A stretch of 64,000 nt of DNA from Hyaloraphidium curvatum SAG 235-1 (lineage: Eukaryota > Fungi > Monoblepharomycota). A program made the translations under genes and the position numbers. The stretch covers positions 496,001 to 560,000 of the forward strand of contig JAIVFI010000020.1 of assembly GCA_025558095.1 (NCBI GenBank). Direction: 5' to 3'. Numbering within the stretch: the stretch's first letter is position 1; every line of letters starts with the position of its first letter. This document shows, piece after piece, positions 33,973-46,500 of this stretch. Below the pieces are notes generated by a model that did not search any database, was not told the DNA's origin, and saw nothing but the letters and a program-made list of their open reading frames with translations.

Positions 33973-34427
33973 TTGAAGGAATGGAAGGGCTGGATACAAT
34001 GGTCGGCGTTAGCGGAGCGGCTGCATTGGCGCTTCGTACCAGGGGACGAGCCTCGTGCGATCCGAACTCGCGCAATACTGAGGCATAGAACACCAGACTG
34101 TGTTGCCTATCAGCTTCCTTGCTTCTTAGTCTGCCGAGCACCGATCACAGCTTCGAAGACCCCCTCAGCCACGGGGCGTCCCTGTCCTCGATCGGCACGG
34201 CGTCCGACCCGTCCTCCAGCAGCACCGACTCGAGGAACACCTTCCCGTACACCTCCCCGCCCTTGGGCACCGCGCTCCACGGTGGCGCGTACCTCACGAA
34301 TTGGTGCCCTACGATCCGCCCCCAATCCCGGTCGTCGAAGCAGCCAGCCGACACCATCGCGGCGCCGGGCAGTCGCTGCACCAGCGCTCGAAAACTCACT
34401 ACAAAGGAGCGGGAACCACACGGGCAG

Positions 34428-35260
34428 GTAATCGTTGCGCTCGATCCCGTACTCAAAAGGAAGTCTTTGCGCTGGAGGGCCTGCAGAACAGCCTCATCCT
34501 GGCGGTGGACAAGAACCTGGACACCCTGGCGAGGGTGCTGAAGGACAAGGGCGCTTCGGCCCCGCAGATCGACATTGTCGTGCAGGAGACGCGCCAGCTG
34601 GAGCGGGCCAAGGTCCCCGAAAGGTTGGCGAGTCGTGGTTGTCCTTCCATTCTGTCGGCTGACACAATCATCTCGCACGCAGCATCGCAGCCATCAAGAC
34701 CTACATCATGGAGACCCAGAGGGAGATCTCGCGCGCACTGGTGCCGCAAGTCGAGGCTTCGATGCAGCCGGCGTACGCAAGTGCAACGGACGAGCGCGGC
34801 ACGGGATCCTTTATGCGCATGAAGACGGTAAGCGAGACAGTCGCCTTCTGTCGCCTTTTCTCACGGTTCACGCCCCAGATCATGACCAACCACGTCGAGC
34901 AGCGTAGGCACGAGATGTTCGAGGACGCTGTCGACATCGTTCTACATCCAGCTCCTTGGCGATCTGTCGGCCAACATCCACTCCAAGCTTGTGGTCGTGC
35001 AGAGCGCCATCATTGAGCGCCTCACCCAAGCGTTCTTGTCGTTCTGGGAGCTCAGCGCGTCCAGCCGCGGGGAGCACATCCGGCTCAAGATGAAGCTGCT
35101 ACCGGACATTGACAGGCTCAGGGAAAGGACGGACGAGCTCCTGTGCGGTGGGTGCTAGCATCTGAACCTTGTTGGCAGGGCTGATGTCCTCGCAGGCGCG
35201 AACCTCCCTGTCCTTGAGCTTGAAGTGCGCATAGTTGTGACGATGATCGTTCGAGCATGA
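34428..35260 (+). pseudogene. 3' remnant of SLIP-GC-like GTPase gene
   Basis: Exons homologous to 43545-44500 with the same intron positions (ETQREISRALVP, FWELS..RGEHIRLKMKLLPDI); no 5' part; frameshifting insertion of about 4 nt near 34942-34945. Confidence 0.8.
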
Positions 35261-35402
35261 TTCTGTATTGGCATTCAATTGATTCTATCTAATCAATTCC
35301 ATACAATGATCGGGATCAGCCTTTGCCAACTGCAAGCGAGGCCGAGCGGGCTCAATTCCAACGAAATGGTGATGTCCTCGACGTCCCTGTCTCAAGCCGA
35401 AG

Positions 35403-37303
35403 CTACTCGAGCTTGAAGTGCTTGGCGGCCTCGCGCCCGCGCACCAAGCTGACAAAGTACAGTATCGGGAACGGCAGTATCGAGACAACGAACAGGTAGA
35501 TGAACGAGTCCCGCATGTAGCCTGTCCGTGCGTAGATCGCTCCGACGATGAGGGGCCTGACGGGTCGGAGGCGTCAAACGAGCCCTGCGGGGAAACGAAT
35601 GCCACCCACCCCATCCACGACGACCCCTTGTCGGTGATCTCGTACAGGCTGAAGAACTCTGCCTCGCACCCGGGCGGAACGAGCTCGGACATCATGACGC
35701 GGGCAAAGCTCTGCACCGCACCCAGTCCCAAGCCATACCACACAGCCGCCCCGTAGAGCTCGGCGGGGGCGATGAGTCCAAACACGCCCGAGTAGCCGAT
35801 CAGCCCGTAAAGCGAGATCACGGCCATCCACGCTAGCAGCACGATCAGGCCCGTCTTGGAGGACCATTTGAACCTCTGGGCGATCCACAGCCAGATGTAG
35901 TTGCCGAGGAAGGCGGCGAACGGAGCGACGATGGCGATGATGATCAACTGGGTCGAGGACATGTTGAGCTCGACGCGGCCAAAGAGCGTGGCGACGGCCG
36001 AGATGGTGTTGATTGTGTCGGAGAAGATGAAGTAGGCGGCGAGGTAAATGAAGGTGTCCTTGAGCTTGGGCGCGTGTCCAAAGGTGCGGATGATCTTCTT
36101 CCAGCTAAAGATGAAGTAGTTCTCGCCCGGCGGGAGCGGCGGCCTCGGCCGCGGCTTGAGCCAGAGGAAGGTGAAGACGGAGAAGCCCAACCACCACACC
36201 CCCGTCAGCGCGATCATGGCCTGCATGACGTAGGTCGACCCTCCCGTCGCAAACAGGATCCCGCCGCTGATGGCGAGCAGCAGCGTCCCCGACGCGTAGC
36301 CCATGGCGAACCCATGCGTGGAGACGCGGTTCGACAGCGCGTCCCGGGTCTCGAGCAGCTCCTTGTGCGCCTGCTCGTCCGACTCGCCGTCCTCGACGCG
36401 CTGCTTGACCGCGAGCACGGCCTCGAGGTGTTCGGGGTGGGATTCCACGAGGAGGGGGAGGTAGCTGTTGTAAAAGACGATGCTCGCGCCGAATGCCACG
36501 TTGGAAAGGACGGCGAGCAGGCCGGCGAGCCAGTAGAGAGCTACACGTGACGGCGCGTCAGAGGCAGCTAGGCGCCCACCGGAACACACTTACATGGGTT
36601 GACGACGGCGAGGAAGAGCACGCAGAGTACGGAGCCGAGGACGGCGAAGAAGATGAGCATACCCTTGCGCATCCCGCCGTAGTCGGCCAGGGCGCCGATG
36701 GAGATGAACAGGAATGCTTGGACGCCGACGCCAATGGCCGTTATGTAGCTTCCCAGGTTGCCGAGGTGAGTAACGAGCGCTTGCGACGCCCGAAGGAACC
36801 CACAACGCATAACTGGAGGGCCTCGTCCAAGAGCCTGCCCAGGGGATGAAACAGTCCGTGTTGTCCGCCCCCTCGGCATCCCGGTCCGCGCAGGGCGCCC
36901 CCGTGGCCGGGTCGCTCGTGCCCGCCCTCCAGCACAGGTCCTCGATAATCAAGGGCAGCAGGATCCCCAGCGCCACCGAAGAGTACACCGAATTGGCCCA
37001 ATCGTAGAGCCACCACCCCCACAGTTCGCGCTTGGTGGTCACCGGCTGGCCGTGCTCGGTTTCCAGCGGGTCGGCGGCGAGCACGGCTTCGACGAGCGAG
37101 TCGTCGCCGAGCGCCACCTCGGTCTTGTCCGGCGCCGCCCCGTCCCGCTTCTCCGCGTCCGGGGAGACGGAAGATAGGGTGGGGAGCTGCACGTCGTCGC
37201 CGGCGGCCGCCATGGGCAGGAGCGGGATCGTGGCGTCCTCCAGAATGAGGTCAATTGGGGACGGGTCCAAGTGCGGTGCGTCCCCTATACTTGCATCCTG
37301 CAT
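35403..37303 (-). CDS. ATG22: Vacuolar amino-acid efflux MFS permease Atg22 (UMF1 family)
   Basis: TTKRELWGWWLYDWA, GALADYG..RK, FYNSYLPLL, G.EAEFFSLYEITDKGSSWMGP; three introns. Confidence 0.9.
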
Positions 37304-37632
37304 CCGGCGCCGGACCCCCGTTAGGATCTGTGAAAAATGGTTCGTCCTGCGACAGTTAACTAGTTGGTCAGGAAGACTGCTGCGATTCGTATCACTGCGG
37401 ATGGTGGACCTGGGCGGCAACAGCAGCTCAGCAGCTCAACGCCCCTCCAGGCATCCAGGACGGATTCCAATCGGCTGTCGCAAACGTGCAACCATTCGAT
37501 CCTAGAGCGCGTCTGACACTTGCAATAGCTTCCAGAGCTCCCGGCTTAGTGGAAGATGGCGTCAACGGCTTTGCCTCACGCGCGGCCGCGTCGCCGACAA
37601 CATCAGAACTGCCTCCCACGGCAATCGCAGCG

Positions 37633-38668
37633 ATGGCGCCGGCGGTCAGCGTGCACGACCTGCCCATCGGCGGCATCACCGTCACCGCGTACGGCCTCGA
37701 CGAGCTCCGCGCGCGGAACCGCCCCGCGGCCGTTTGCGCGGTCATCGTCCTCCACGGCCGCACCCTCACGCGGCAGGACGTCGCGCCCTACTGCCGCGCC
37801 CTCTGCGCCGGCAACTCCCCCTCGCGCCCCGTGCACCTCCTCGCGCTGGCGTTCGACCAGCGGAACCACGGGCAGCGGCTGCTGGACAAGGACCGGAACG
37901 AGGACTGGGGGCGGGGGAACAGGACGCACGAGAGGGACATGTTCGGGCTGCAGTACGGGACGGCGTGCGATGCGTCGTACGTGGCGGACGTGTTTCCGGC
38001 GTTCCTGGGGTGGGCTTGCCCTCTTGTGCGAGGGAGGTGGTGCTGACGCCGCCCGGGCAGGCGCGAGGTCGACATCTGGGCCATCACGGGCATCTCGCTC
38101 GGCGGGCACGCGTCGATGCTGGCCGCGGTGCGCGATCCGCGGTTCGCTTTCTGCGCGCCGATCATCGGCTGCGGGGATTTCGAGGAGCTGATGAAGTACC
38201 GGCACGGGAAGACAAAGGCAGAGCTGCGGCCCGAGGCGCCCGTGTCGGCGCAGCTCAGGGTGGGGATCCGGGCCGCCGCGCTTGCTGCGTCGGTCACGGG
38301 ATCGCTGACCCCGCGATCGTCGCAGGCCATCCTGAGAAAGGTGGATCCCATCCACAACATCGAGAAGTTCAAGAACCGTGGGCATCTCCCCCTTCCTGCC
38401 CGTCGACGTCTTTGCCCGTCGGCTGACGACCCACCGCTCCACAGGACCGCTGCTCTTTGCCGCCGGCGGCAAGGACAAGCTCGTCCCCCCGAGCGCCTCG
38501 ACCCGCTTCCTCGAGGCCCTGCGCGACCTCAATGGCGAGCGGTGCGAGGTGTTTGTGGACGAGGAGGCGAAGCACGAGTTCACGCCGCCGATGGCCAAGA
38601 AATGTATTGAATTCCTGTGGCGGGAGGCGGAGGCGCTGGCGCAGCCCAAGGCAAAGGCGCACCTGTAG
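37633..38668 (+). CDS. Alpha/beta hydrolase (fungal esterase-like)
   Basis: VLHGR, FDQRNHGQRL, GISLGGH, GGKDKLVP, HEFT; two introns. Confidence 0.85.
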
Positions 38669-38822
38669 GCATGCAGTGAGGAAGATGCCTCATTTCCTCG
38701 ATGTACCCATAAGCATCGGTGGTGATGGATGGTCAGTAGACCGAGTTGGGACGCGACTTCGGCTCATCGGCTGCCCGGACTCGGCTGACCGATCCGCCGT
38801 CTCTGATCACCCAACTCCCGCG

Positions 38823-39584
38823 ATGGCCCGCCTCCGCGCGGTCCCTGTCCTGCCTCTGCGGCCCAGCGCCCGCCGGCTCGCCACGCGGCCCGACCCGTAC
38901 GCGGTGCTCGGCGTGGCGCCCTCCGCGAGCCCCGACGAGATCAAGCGCGCCTTCTACGCGCGCGCCAAGGAGCTGCACCCCGATCGCGCGGCGGGCGACC
39001 ACGACGCCTTCGTGCGGCTGCAGGCGGCGTACGCGCGCGTGGGGTCGCCGGCCGCGCGGCGCGAGTGGGAGCGCGAACGCCGCGGGGCGCCCGGGGCGGG
39101 ATACCCGGGGCACGCTTCGCACGGACGATCCCACGGCTATTCGAGCCCCGCCTACGCCGATGCCTTGAAAAGGAACGCATCGCGCGAGTGGGACCCCTTC
39201 GCGGACCCGGACCTGGACCACGGCGAGCGGCTGCGGCGCGAGGCCTACGCCAACCACCGCTCGGCGACGCACGACCGCCCCGCCGCCGCCCAGGCCGGCG
39301 CATTCACCCCGCTGACCTCGTTCCTGGCCGTCTTCTCGGCGCTGGCGCTGTCGCTGTCGCTGTTCCACCTGACGCGGATGCGGAGCGTGGTGGCCGAGGC
39401 GGTCGAGGTCAAGCACCGCGAGAGCGTGGCGTACCTGAACGAGAGCAGGCTCAAGGGCCGCAGGGGGAGCGAGGGCGCGCTGGGGGAGGATGCGAGGCGG
39501 CGCAAGAGGGCGGAGAAGGGGGGCGGGGCGGCGCCGGACGGCGCTCCGGCGGAGCGTTCGCCCGCGGGGGCCGAGCCGGCTTGA
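38823..39584 (+). CDS. J-domain protein with C-terminal transmembrane helix (probably mitochondrial)
   Basis: Arg-rich presequence, DPYAVLGV...EIKRAF...LHPD, hydrophobic segment FLAVFSALALSLSLF. Confidence 0.82.
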   Translation: MARLRAVPVLPLRPSARRLATRPDPYAVLGVAPSASPDEIKRAFYARAKELHPDRAAGDHDAFVRLQAAYARVGSPAARREWERERRGAPGAGYPGHASHGRSHGYSSPAYADALKRNASREWDPFADPDLDHGERLRREAYANHRSATHDRPAAAQAGAFTPLTSFLAVFSALALSLSLFHLTRMRSVVAEAVEVKHRESVAYLNESRLKGRRGSEGALGEDARRRKRAEKGGGAAPDGAPAERSPAGAEPA

Positions 39585-40091
39585 ATCTCGGATCTGCCGT
39601 GGACTGCTTGACCTAGGGACTCGAACGAGCACCGCCGCGCCCCCTTGCTTTGCGCTTCGGCGGATGCACGGATTGGTGCTGCATATACCCTTCGACCTGC
39701 CATCTTGGAACCCTGAGACCGCTCGGGGGCGTGCTTGTGGACAAACGCGACCGATCAGCAGCAGCATTTCACGGATCCAGTCTCCCGCTGGTCATGCCCT
39801 TGGTCTTCGCGGCCGATCCTATGCCATTTCGCTCCGTCGCCGATCGCCGAGACACGGAAAATGCAATCTTGCAGTGTAGTGTTCGCACTGTGGCGACGCC
39901 GTCGCCGGACACATGGCTTCCCTGGCTTCGTCTTGCGTCGGAACTAGCTGCTCAGGCCGCGATCGAATACAGGAACCCCGAACCCACGCTGGTCCCTGTC
40001 CCCTGTGTTGTTGCTGATCCGCGAGCCGAGCACAAGCACCCTCATCTCCCACTCACCCGCCCGCCCCGCGTCCTCCTCCCCCGCCGCCAAA

Positions 40092-41632
40092 ATGGACAAG
40101 GTCAAGGAGGTGCGCCCGCCCGCCGCCCGCGCCCGCCCGCGCAGCCCCGCCCGGCACCCCTTCCCCGCTCACCGCCCGCACCGCCCCTCCGCGCCCCGCC
40201 CCTCCGCGCCCCGCCCCGCCCCAATCCGCGGACGCCTTCCCGCCCCGCCCCGCCGATGCCGCCAGAAAATGGAGAAGCTCCGCATCGAGTCGGACGCAAA
40301 CCTCGCGCGCGCCGCAAAGGCCGAGGAGCGCGTCAAGGCCGCGGAGGGCGAGCTGTCCGCAAAGGACACGGAGATCGCGGGCCTCAAGAACAAGATCGCG
40401 CTGATGGAGCAGGATATCGCGAGGAGCGAGAAGAGGGTCGACGAGGTCCGTGGACCGCGGAGCGGGGGCGGGTTTGGGGGTCGTTCGGGCCAACGAGGGC
40501 GGCGCGACTTGCGCACCGGATCCGGCGCGGGGGAGGATTACGGGGGCGCAGGCTGCGGGAGGACGCGTCCTTTGTTCCGGGGAAGGGCGGGGTCGCCGCC
40601 CAGGCGGAGGCTGCCTTGCTGGGGACGCTCCCGCGGCGCACGCTCCCCGCAGCCCCCTCGCGCCGCCCCCTTTCCCTCGTCCTCCCCATTTTCCGTTTAG
40701 GAGCACCCCGTTCTTACCCGCTTGCGCGCCCGCAGATCATCAGCCGCTCCCAGACCGCCGAGAAGGACCAGCAGGACATGAGCGCCCTGCAGCGCAAGAT
40801 CCAGATGCTCGAGAAGGAGGTGGCCGACAAGGAGGCCCAGATCGCCAAGGTTCGTTTCCTCTCCCCGGGACCACTGTTTTTTTCGGGGGGGGGTTCGGGG
40901 GCGTCGATGGCGGCGGGGCTGACGCCGGGGCCAGCTCAAGTCCCAGACCGCCACGCACGGCCAGGAGGAGGCCCAGATCGACGAGCTGAGGCGGAAAATC
41001 GCGCTGCTCGAGTCGAATCTGGAGGCCAAGGATGCGCAGATCGAGAAAGTACGTCCGCGGCCTCCCGTGCGGGGGGCGGGGCTGACGCCCCGCGGCGCGG
41101 CAGCTCAAGGGGCAGTCGCAGTCCAGGGGCGCGGACGAGAACGCGATGGGGGAGCTGAAGCGCAGGATCGCGCTGCTGGAGCGGGATCTGGAATCGCGCG
41201 ACGAGACGATCGCGAAAGTGGGGGGCCCCGTCCCGGGGCGGCAGCCGGCGGCGCTGACGGTCCCGTTCACACGTCCCGGCAGGTCAAGTCGGCCAAGGCG
41301 GACGCGGAGAAGGATTCGAGCCTGGTGGAGAGCCTACAGCGCAAGATCGCGCTGCTGGAGGGGGACCTGGAGAAGAAGGAGAAGGAGGCCAAGGATTCCT
41401 CGGCCAAGTGGGTCCCCTCCCGTGCGGCACACCCCAGGACGGCCCACTGACGCCCTCCGCGCACCGCAGGGCCCGGGCGCTCGAGCTCTCGGCCGAGACG
41501 GCCGAGCGCAAGGCGGAGCAGCTGGAGAAGGAGCGCGGGAAGCTGGAAAAGGCCAACGAGGAGCTCGAGGTCAAGCTGGCCGAGGCCAAGAAGGAGCTCG
41601 AGGCCACGCTCAAGGGGCTCGAGGACCTGTAG
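40092..41632 (+). CDS. TPM1: Tropomyosin with three internal 38-aa cassette exons
   Basis: Exons 40092-40109, 40266-40445, 40736-40849, 40935-41048, 41104-41217, 41283-41407, 41470-41632, all with GT-AG introns. MDKVKEKMEKLRIE start, LKNKIALME, LQRKIALLE, and LEDL end are typical of fungal tropomyosin. Confidence 0.9.
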
Positions 41633-41807
41633 GCGCGGGAGGAATATACCCTATTCGTGGCGGGCCGCTCCTTCCGTTCCATTGATTCGCGCCTGGCTCG
41701 TTCGCTACAGCAGGCATACAGGTCCAAGAAAGAACTGCCACGGGCTGCAATGACAGCCATCTGATCGTTGAACGTCAGCGTGGTGTGTCGTGCCAGCCGT
41801 TTGCGTG

Positions 41808-43052
41808 TTACACGCTCGACGCATCAACGTCCAGTTCCGGAAAGGTCTTCCGCATCCAGTTGCCCCACGGGTACCAACCCAGCTTGAGCCTACCGAGTGA
41901 CTGTCCGAGCGATAACCAGAAAGCGAGCTCGTCCCTGACTTCCGAGGTGAATTCACGCAGTTCGTGTTCGTCGCGCCACGGGTCGAGGAATTCGTCGACG
42001 AAAGGGTAAAATATGAACTCCGCTGAGCTTCGACGGAGCACGTCGCCGATGCGGGCGAGATCCGACGGGGGCAGCCCTTCGAGGCGCATCGACAGGATGC
42101 TGAGGGTTCGCAGCGCTGGCGGCAGACCGAGCAGGAAGGACGAAGGCGTGAATGCGCGGAGGTCGATCTTTTGGGTTGCAGGCAGGCGCAACAGGTCTTT
42201 CCAGTCCTCCTCGTCGCCGATTTCGGACCACTCGTCAACATCGGCTCTTTCTATGGCCAAAGGCCGGAAGGATTCGAAGGTGAGCATCGGCGAAATGCCC
42301 ATCTCGTTACCGTATCGCCAAGTTCGGATCTTGGCCACAAACGGCTCAGGAAAGTGCTCGGCATCAACAGGGAGGTCCTTGATTTCGCAATCGATGGTCT
42401 CAAGCATGGGACAACCAGCAAGGAAGGCCTCAAACAACTCCGTCACGACGGTCCCTGTGTAATCCAAGTGCTTCAATTGCGGCAGGCGTATGGGATCGCG
42501 GTACTGGCCATTGTTGTACTGGAGCTCCAGCCGGTTGAGATTGGCCAGCGATGGGCTGAGAAGCACCGATGCAATCTCGTAAGGATAGTCGGGAGCAAAG
42601 GACAGCTCCTCGAGCCGTTTGCACGCAAGCACCAAAGGCTCGATAAGCTGAAAACTGACGCCCGCGTCCGTGATATCGAGCTTCTTCACCACCATGAGCT
42701 TATCTTTCGCAGCGCGTTTGCCGAGAAAGCGCTTTAGCGCCCTTTCCGTGTTGAATGCTTGGGACACGGTGAACTCCTCGAGGAAGCGCGGCAGAACCAG
42801 CTCGTAGAAGGACTTGCACGTCAGCATCATGTACAGCAGAGTCCGCGATCCGGGCGGGAAGTAGCTCGCAATCTTAAGCACGATTTCGGAAGGGAGGAAA
42901 GGAACGGAGTCGTCCGCCGAGGAGCCCGTCGACGTCCCTTTCGCGTTCCCAGCGCCGAGCGCGGCAAGCTGGGCGCGGAGGGCAGCGACCTCGTCGCGCA
43001 GTGAAGCGTTGTCCTCGCGGAGCTGCGCGTTCTCGGCAGCCAGCGCGTCCAT
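41808..43052 (-). CDS. Coiled-coil + F-box + LRR-like protein, intronless (copy B)
   Basis: Collinear paralog of 32722-33972 (MDALAAENAQLR, LPSEIVL, LPRFLEEF, GCP.LETIDCE, KIRTWRY, DELAFW). Confidence 0.8.
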   Translation of the reverse strand: MDALAAENAQLREDNASLRDEVAALRAQLAALGAGNAKGTSTGSSADDSVPFLPSEIVLKIASYFPPGSRTLLYMMLTCKSFYELVLPRFLEEFTVSQAFNTERALKRFLGKRAAKDKLMVVKKLDITDAGVSFQLIEPLVLACKRLEELSFAPDYPYEIASVLLSPSLANLNRLELQYNNGQYRDPIRLPQLKHLDYTGTVVTELFEAFLAGCPMLETIDCEIKDLPVDAEHFPEPFVAKIRTWRYGNEMGISPMLTFESFRPLAIERADVDEWSEIGDEEDWKDLLRLPATQKIDLRAFTPSSFLLGLPPALRTLSILSMRLEGLPPSDLARIGDVLRRSSAEFIFYPFVDEFLDPWRDEHELREFTSEVRDELAFWLSLGQSLGRLKLGWYPWGNWMRKTFPELDVDASSV

Positions 43053-43544
43053 CGCGAAACGCTGGAGATACCAGGGATCTCCTTGCTAACTGGAGCAAGA
43101 CGACAGTTCGCACGGTCCACTCGTGCCGGCAAGACCGGGAGGTTGCCCGGGTAGCAGTGGGGCCACTGGAGCAATAGACGCGAAGGTCTATTGCAGCTGG
43201 CCGCGTGGGGGTGGTCTTTGCGCGCGCAGCACCGGCGCGACCCACCACCGTCGTCCCGGGACGTGTCCACAATCGCGACGACAGCTCGGCGGTCAAACAA
43301 ATCAAGGTGAGCATGCGGGCACGGCGAACGATATTCATTTTCGAGCACGGACAGAAGAGCCGAAACGATCGTGCTATGTTTGAGTAGCGAATAACACAAC
43401 ACGGTCAGGCGTAAGGACTTGCTTCCCCCGGGACCCATTCCGCCTCTCCGCGTGCAGGAGGCGCAAGGGCTGGATCGCGTACTGCAGTGTAGCAGGACTA
43501 GATCTCGTTGCCAATTGAAGAAAAAAGAACTGACATCGCAGAAA

Positions 43545-46500
43545 CTAGACATTCGCCTCCGACTTGAAGATCGCGGCTGCGGACTGCACTGCAGCCCGAG
43601 GGGCGCGCTCGGGCACCGGGAGGTTCGCACCTGTAAGGGTGAGGAGTCCGATCGATCAGGTTTCGTGACCGGACCGGCCGCGATCGAGCCCGAGCCCACT
43701 TCGCAGCAGATCGTCCGCCCTGTCCATGAGGCGGGTAATGTCGGGAAGCAGCTTCATTTTGAGCCGGATGTGCTCCCCGCGGCCCGAAGAGCTGAGCTCC
43801 CAAAACGACGAGAAGGCGTGCGTGAGGCGCTCGATAATGTTGTTCTGGAGGGCGTTGATGCGGGACTTGACGTTCGTGGAGAGATCGCGGAGGAGATCGA
43901 GGACGACGTTGACGGCCTCGTCAAACATCTCGTGCCTGTTCTCCTCGACGTGGTCGACCATGAGCTGTTGCGCGGTTCGCATCAGAGGTCGGATGCGGAA
44001 CGGCACCCGTCGGATGCGGAACGGCACCCGTCGGATGCGGAACGGCACCCGTCGGATGCGGAACGGCACCCGATGCTGACCTCCCGCATGCGCTGAAGCG
44101 AGCCCTTTCCGTACTCCGCCGCCGCCGATGCGTAAGCGTGCTTCATGGATTCCGCGATCTCCGGCACGAGGGCCCGAGAAATCTCCCTCTGCGTCTCCAG
44201 GATGTAGGCCTTCACGCCGTCGATGCTGCAGAGATGGGCCCCAGCCTGTCAGGGATACTTGACGCGCCGATCATGGAACGAAGCGCTTACGAATCCGGGA
44301 TCTTGATCCGCTCCAGCTCCATCGACTCATTGGCGACCGCGTCGACACGCGCGGCCGAAGCACCCTTGCCTTTGAACAGGCTCGCCAGCGAGCCGACGTT
44401 CTTGTCCATCGCGGAAAGCAGGTTGCGGTGCAGGGCGTCCAGCTCGACGACCACTGGAAGCGGCATCGTGAATAATCGCACCGCTTACGACAAAACCTAG
44501 CGACCCACTTTCGTTGTTGAGGACGCGATCCCATGTGCTGGTCACCTGGCTTTGAATCGGGTCCGCGAGGCGCTGGTTCATGTCGATCGTGCCGCCAGCT
44601 GCCCGAGAGCTGTAGACACCGTCCCGGCGAACGGTCGCCTTGTACTGGCGGAACGAGGACGTCAGCACAATCGAGTGCACGGGCATCTTTGACTGCGATC
44701 GAACCGTCGAGTAGTGCAGGCCGCGATCCTGGGTCGGCGCAGGGGAGTTGCGAATGTACGGGGCGTTGTAGCGCTCGATGGAGCGCACCGCGCCGTCTTT
44801 GGCGACCCTGGCACCTGTGAACCACGAACACGTCAGGTTATCCTACATCTTCCATCACGGGGAAGCTTACCGGTGTGAAGCTTGGCGCCAATGACGTCAG
44901 TCAAGGCATTCGCGTTCCGCGTAAGAAAGTCCTCGCAGAGTCCACCGAGAGCCTGCAACACAGATCGGAAACTGACCAACAGTCAACACTCTACCGGCTC
45001 ACCGTCTTGAAGAACGGCAGGCTTCCGTAGAAGGAGGTCTTGACCACGTCCTGCAGATTGAGATCGGAGCTCGAATCGTCCGCAAGGTAGCTCTCGACGC
45101 TCGCGAAGAACCGCCGAAGCAGCAGTGCTACGTCCTCCGACCCCTTCTTTCGGCCCTGTTCGGTCAGCTGCAAGATGTAGCGGTGCAGCGCAGGTATCTC
45201 AGTCTCTTCCGGGTTCTTGAAAGCCGTGGGGTCGCCGTCAGTCTTCCGCTTTCCGATCAGCTTGAGGTAGTCAGCGGACGAAACAGTGAAGATCGGGACG
45301 TCCATTTCCTTGCGGTTGTCGGGCTGGATCCCGAGATCGGCCTGCAGATCCATGAGCCCGGCGACGAAGTCGTTCTGGAACAAGGATGCCAACGAATCAG
45401 CCCATGATGGTCTCCCGGCAAGAGGTGCCTCACCTTCATCTGCTCCTTCAAGTTGGCATTTCGAGCTTTCGCGCACATGTTGCGCACCACCCTCAGCTTC
45501 TTGTTCTTGCGGCGCTCGTATCCTTCGAACTTCTTGTTCAACTGGTCCGCGAGCGTCGACAGGTCCGCGAGACTGGCACGCAGCGCGTCGACCACCGCCT
45601 GAGCTTCTTCGATCTGCTTCTTGATCTCGTCCGCATCCAAGCCGCCTTTGCCGTCCTGCTCCGTGTCCGAGTCGACAACAATGATCTCCTCATCAAGGGA
45701 TGCACAAGAGCGGCGATCGAATTCGGAATCCGAATCACTCGAGCTGAAAATCACGACCTCGTCATCGTCCTTGTCCGGCGACGCTGCCCTCCTCTTCTTC
45801 CGTCCGGTGCCTTTCGATGCACGGAGTGCCACATGGGCCGGCCCGGACGCCTTGCCCGCTCCCTGTCTTCTCTCCAGACTGCGGATTTCCTGCAACCGGT
45901 TCTGGAGCAGAATTTCCAGAGGCTCGCGGTCCTCCTTGTTCCTTGCGCAATCTGGAGATAAACGATGAGCGTTCCGCGAGGATGGATTGCCAGCCAGCTC
46001 CCACCAGCCTCCACCATGGCCTTCTTCTCATCGAGCTTCTCGATCTCGTCCAGCAGCTCCTTCACGTCCTGATCCAACCCCAGGGCGCGCATAATGTCCG
46101 ACACGACCATGATGTCCGTCTTGGTGCACACGAACGCGACGCTTCCGTAACTCGCGTCCATCAAAAGCTGACGCCGGAACGATTCCCCGAGCAGATCGTG
46201 CGCGACCTTTTCGTCCTTGGCCCGAGTGATGTCGGCGCACACGAAGATGTTGTTTGCGTTCTTGAGGTAGCGACCGGACACAGCCGCCCTGGAGCGCAAG
46301 CCGCCGTCAGCTGCGCTGCTAAGAGAAGCTCAGGCAGAACACTCGCCGTGCGGGATTTGCATCACCGACTCCGGGGAGGTCGCCGAGCTTCACGCCGGTC
46401 TTGAGGACCTCCCAGGGCCCGTAGAGGCTGACTTTTTTGACCAGCGGCCACATTTCCTGCGTCCTCTTCTTGGTGTCCGGCATGACGTACTTGCGGATCT

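Noticed and set aside
32722-43052. Inverted F-box paralogs as terminal inverted repeats of a large transposon
   Set aside because: Similarity is confined to diverged coding sequence; no transposase, target-site duplication or terminal repeats are visible, and the interior holds housekeeping genes.
43988-44071. 21-nt repeats (and the 14-nt repeats at 28532) as a CRISPR array
   Set aside because: Head-to-tail with no spacers, no cas genes, eukaryotic intronic or pseudogene context.
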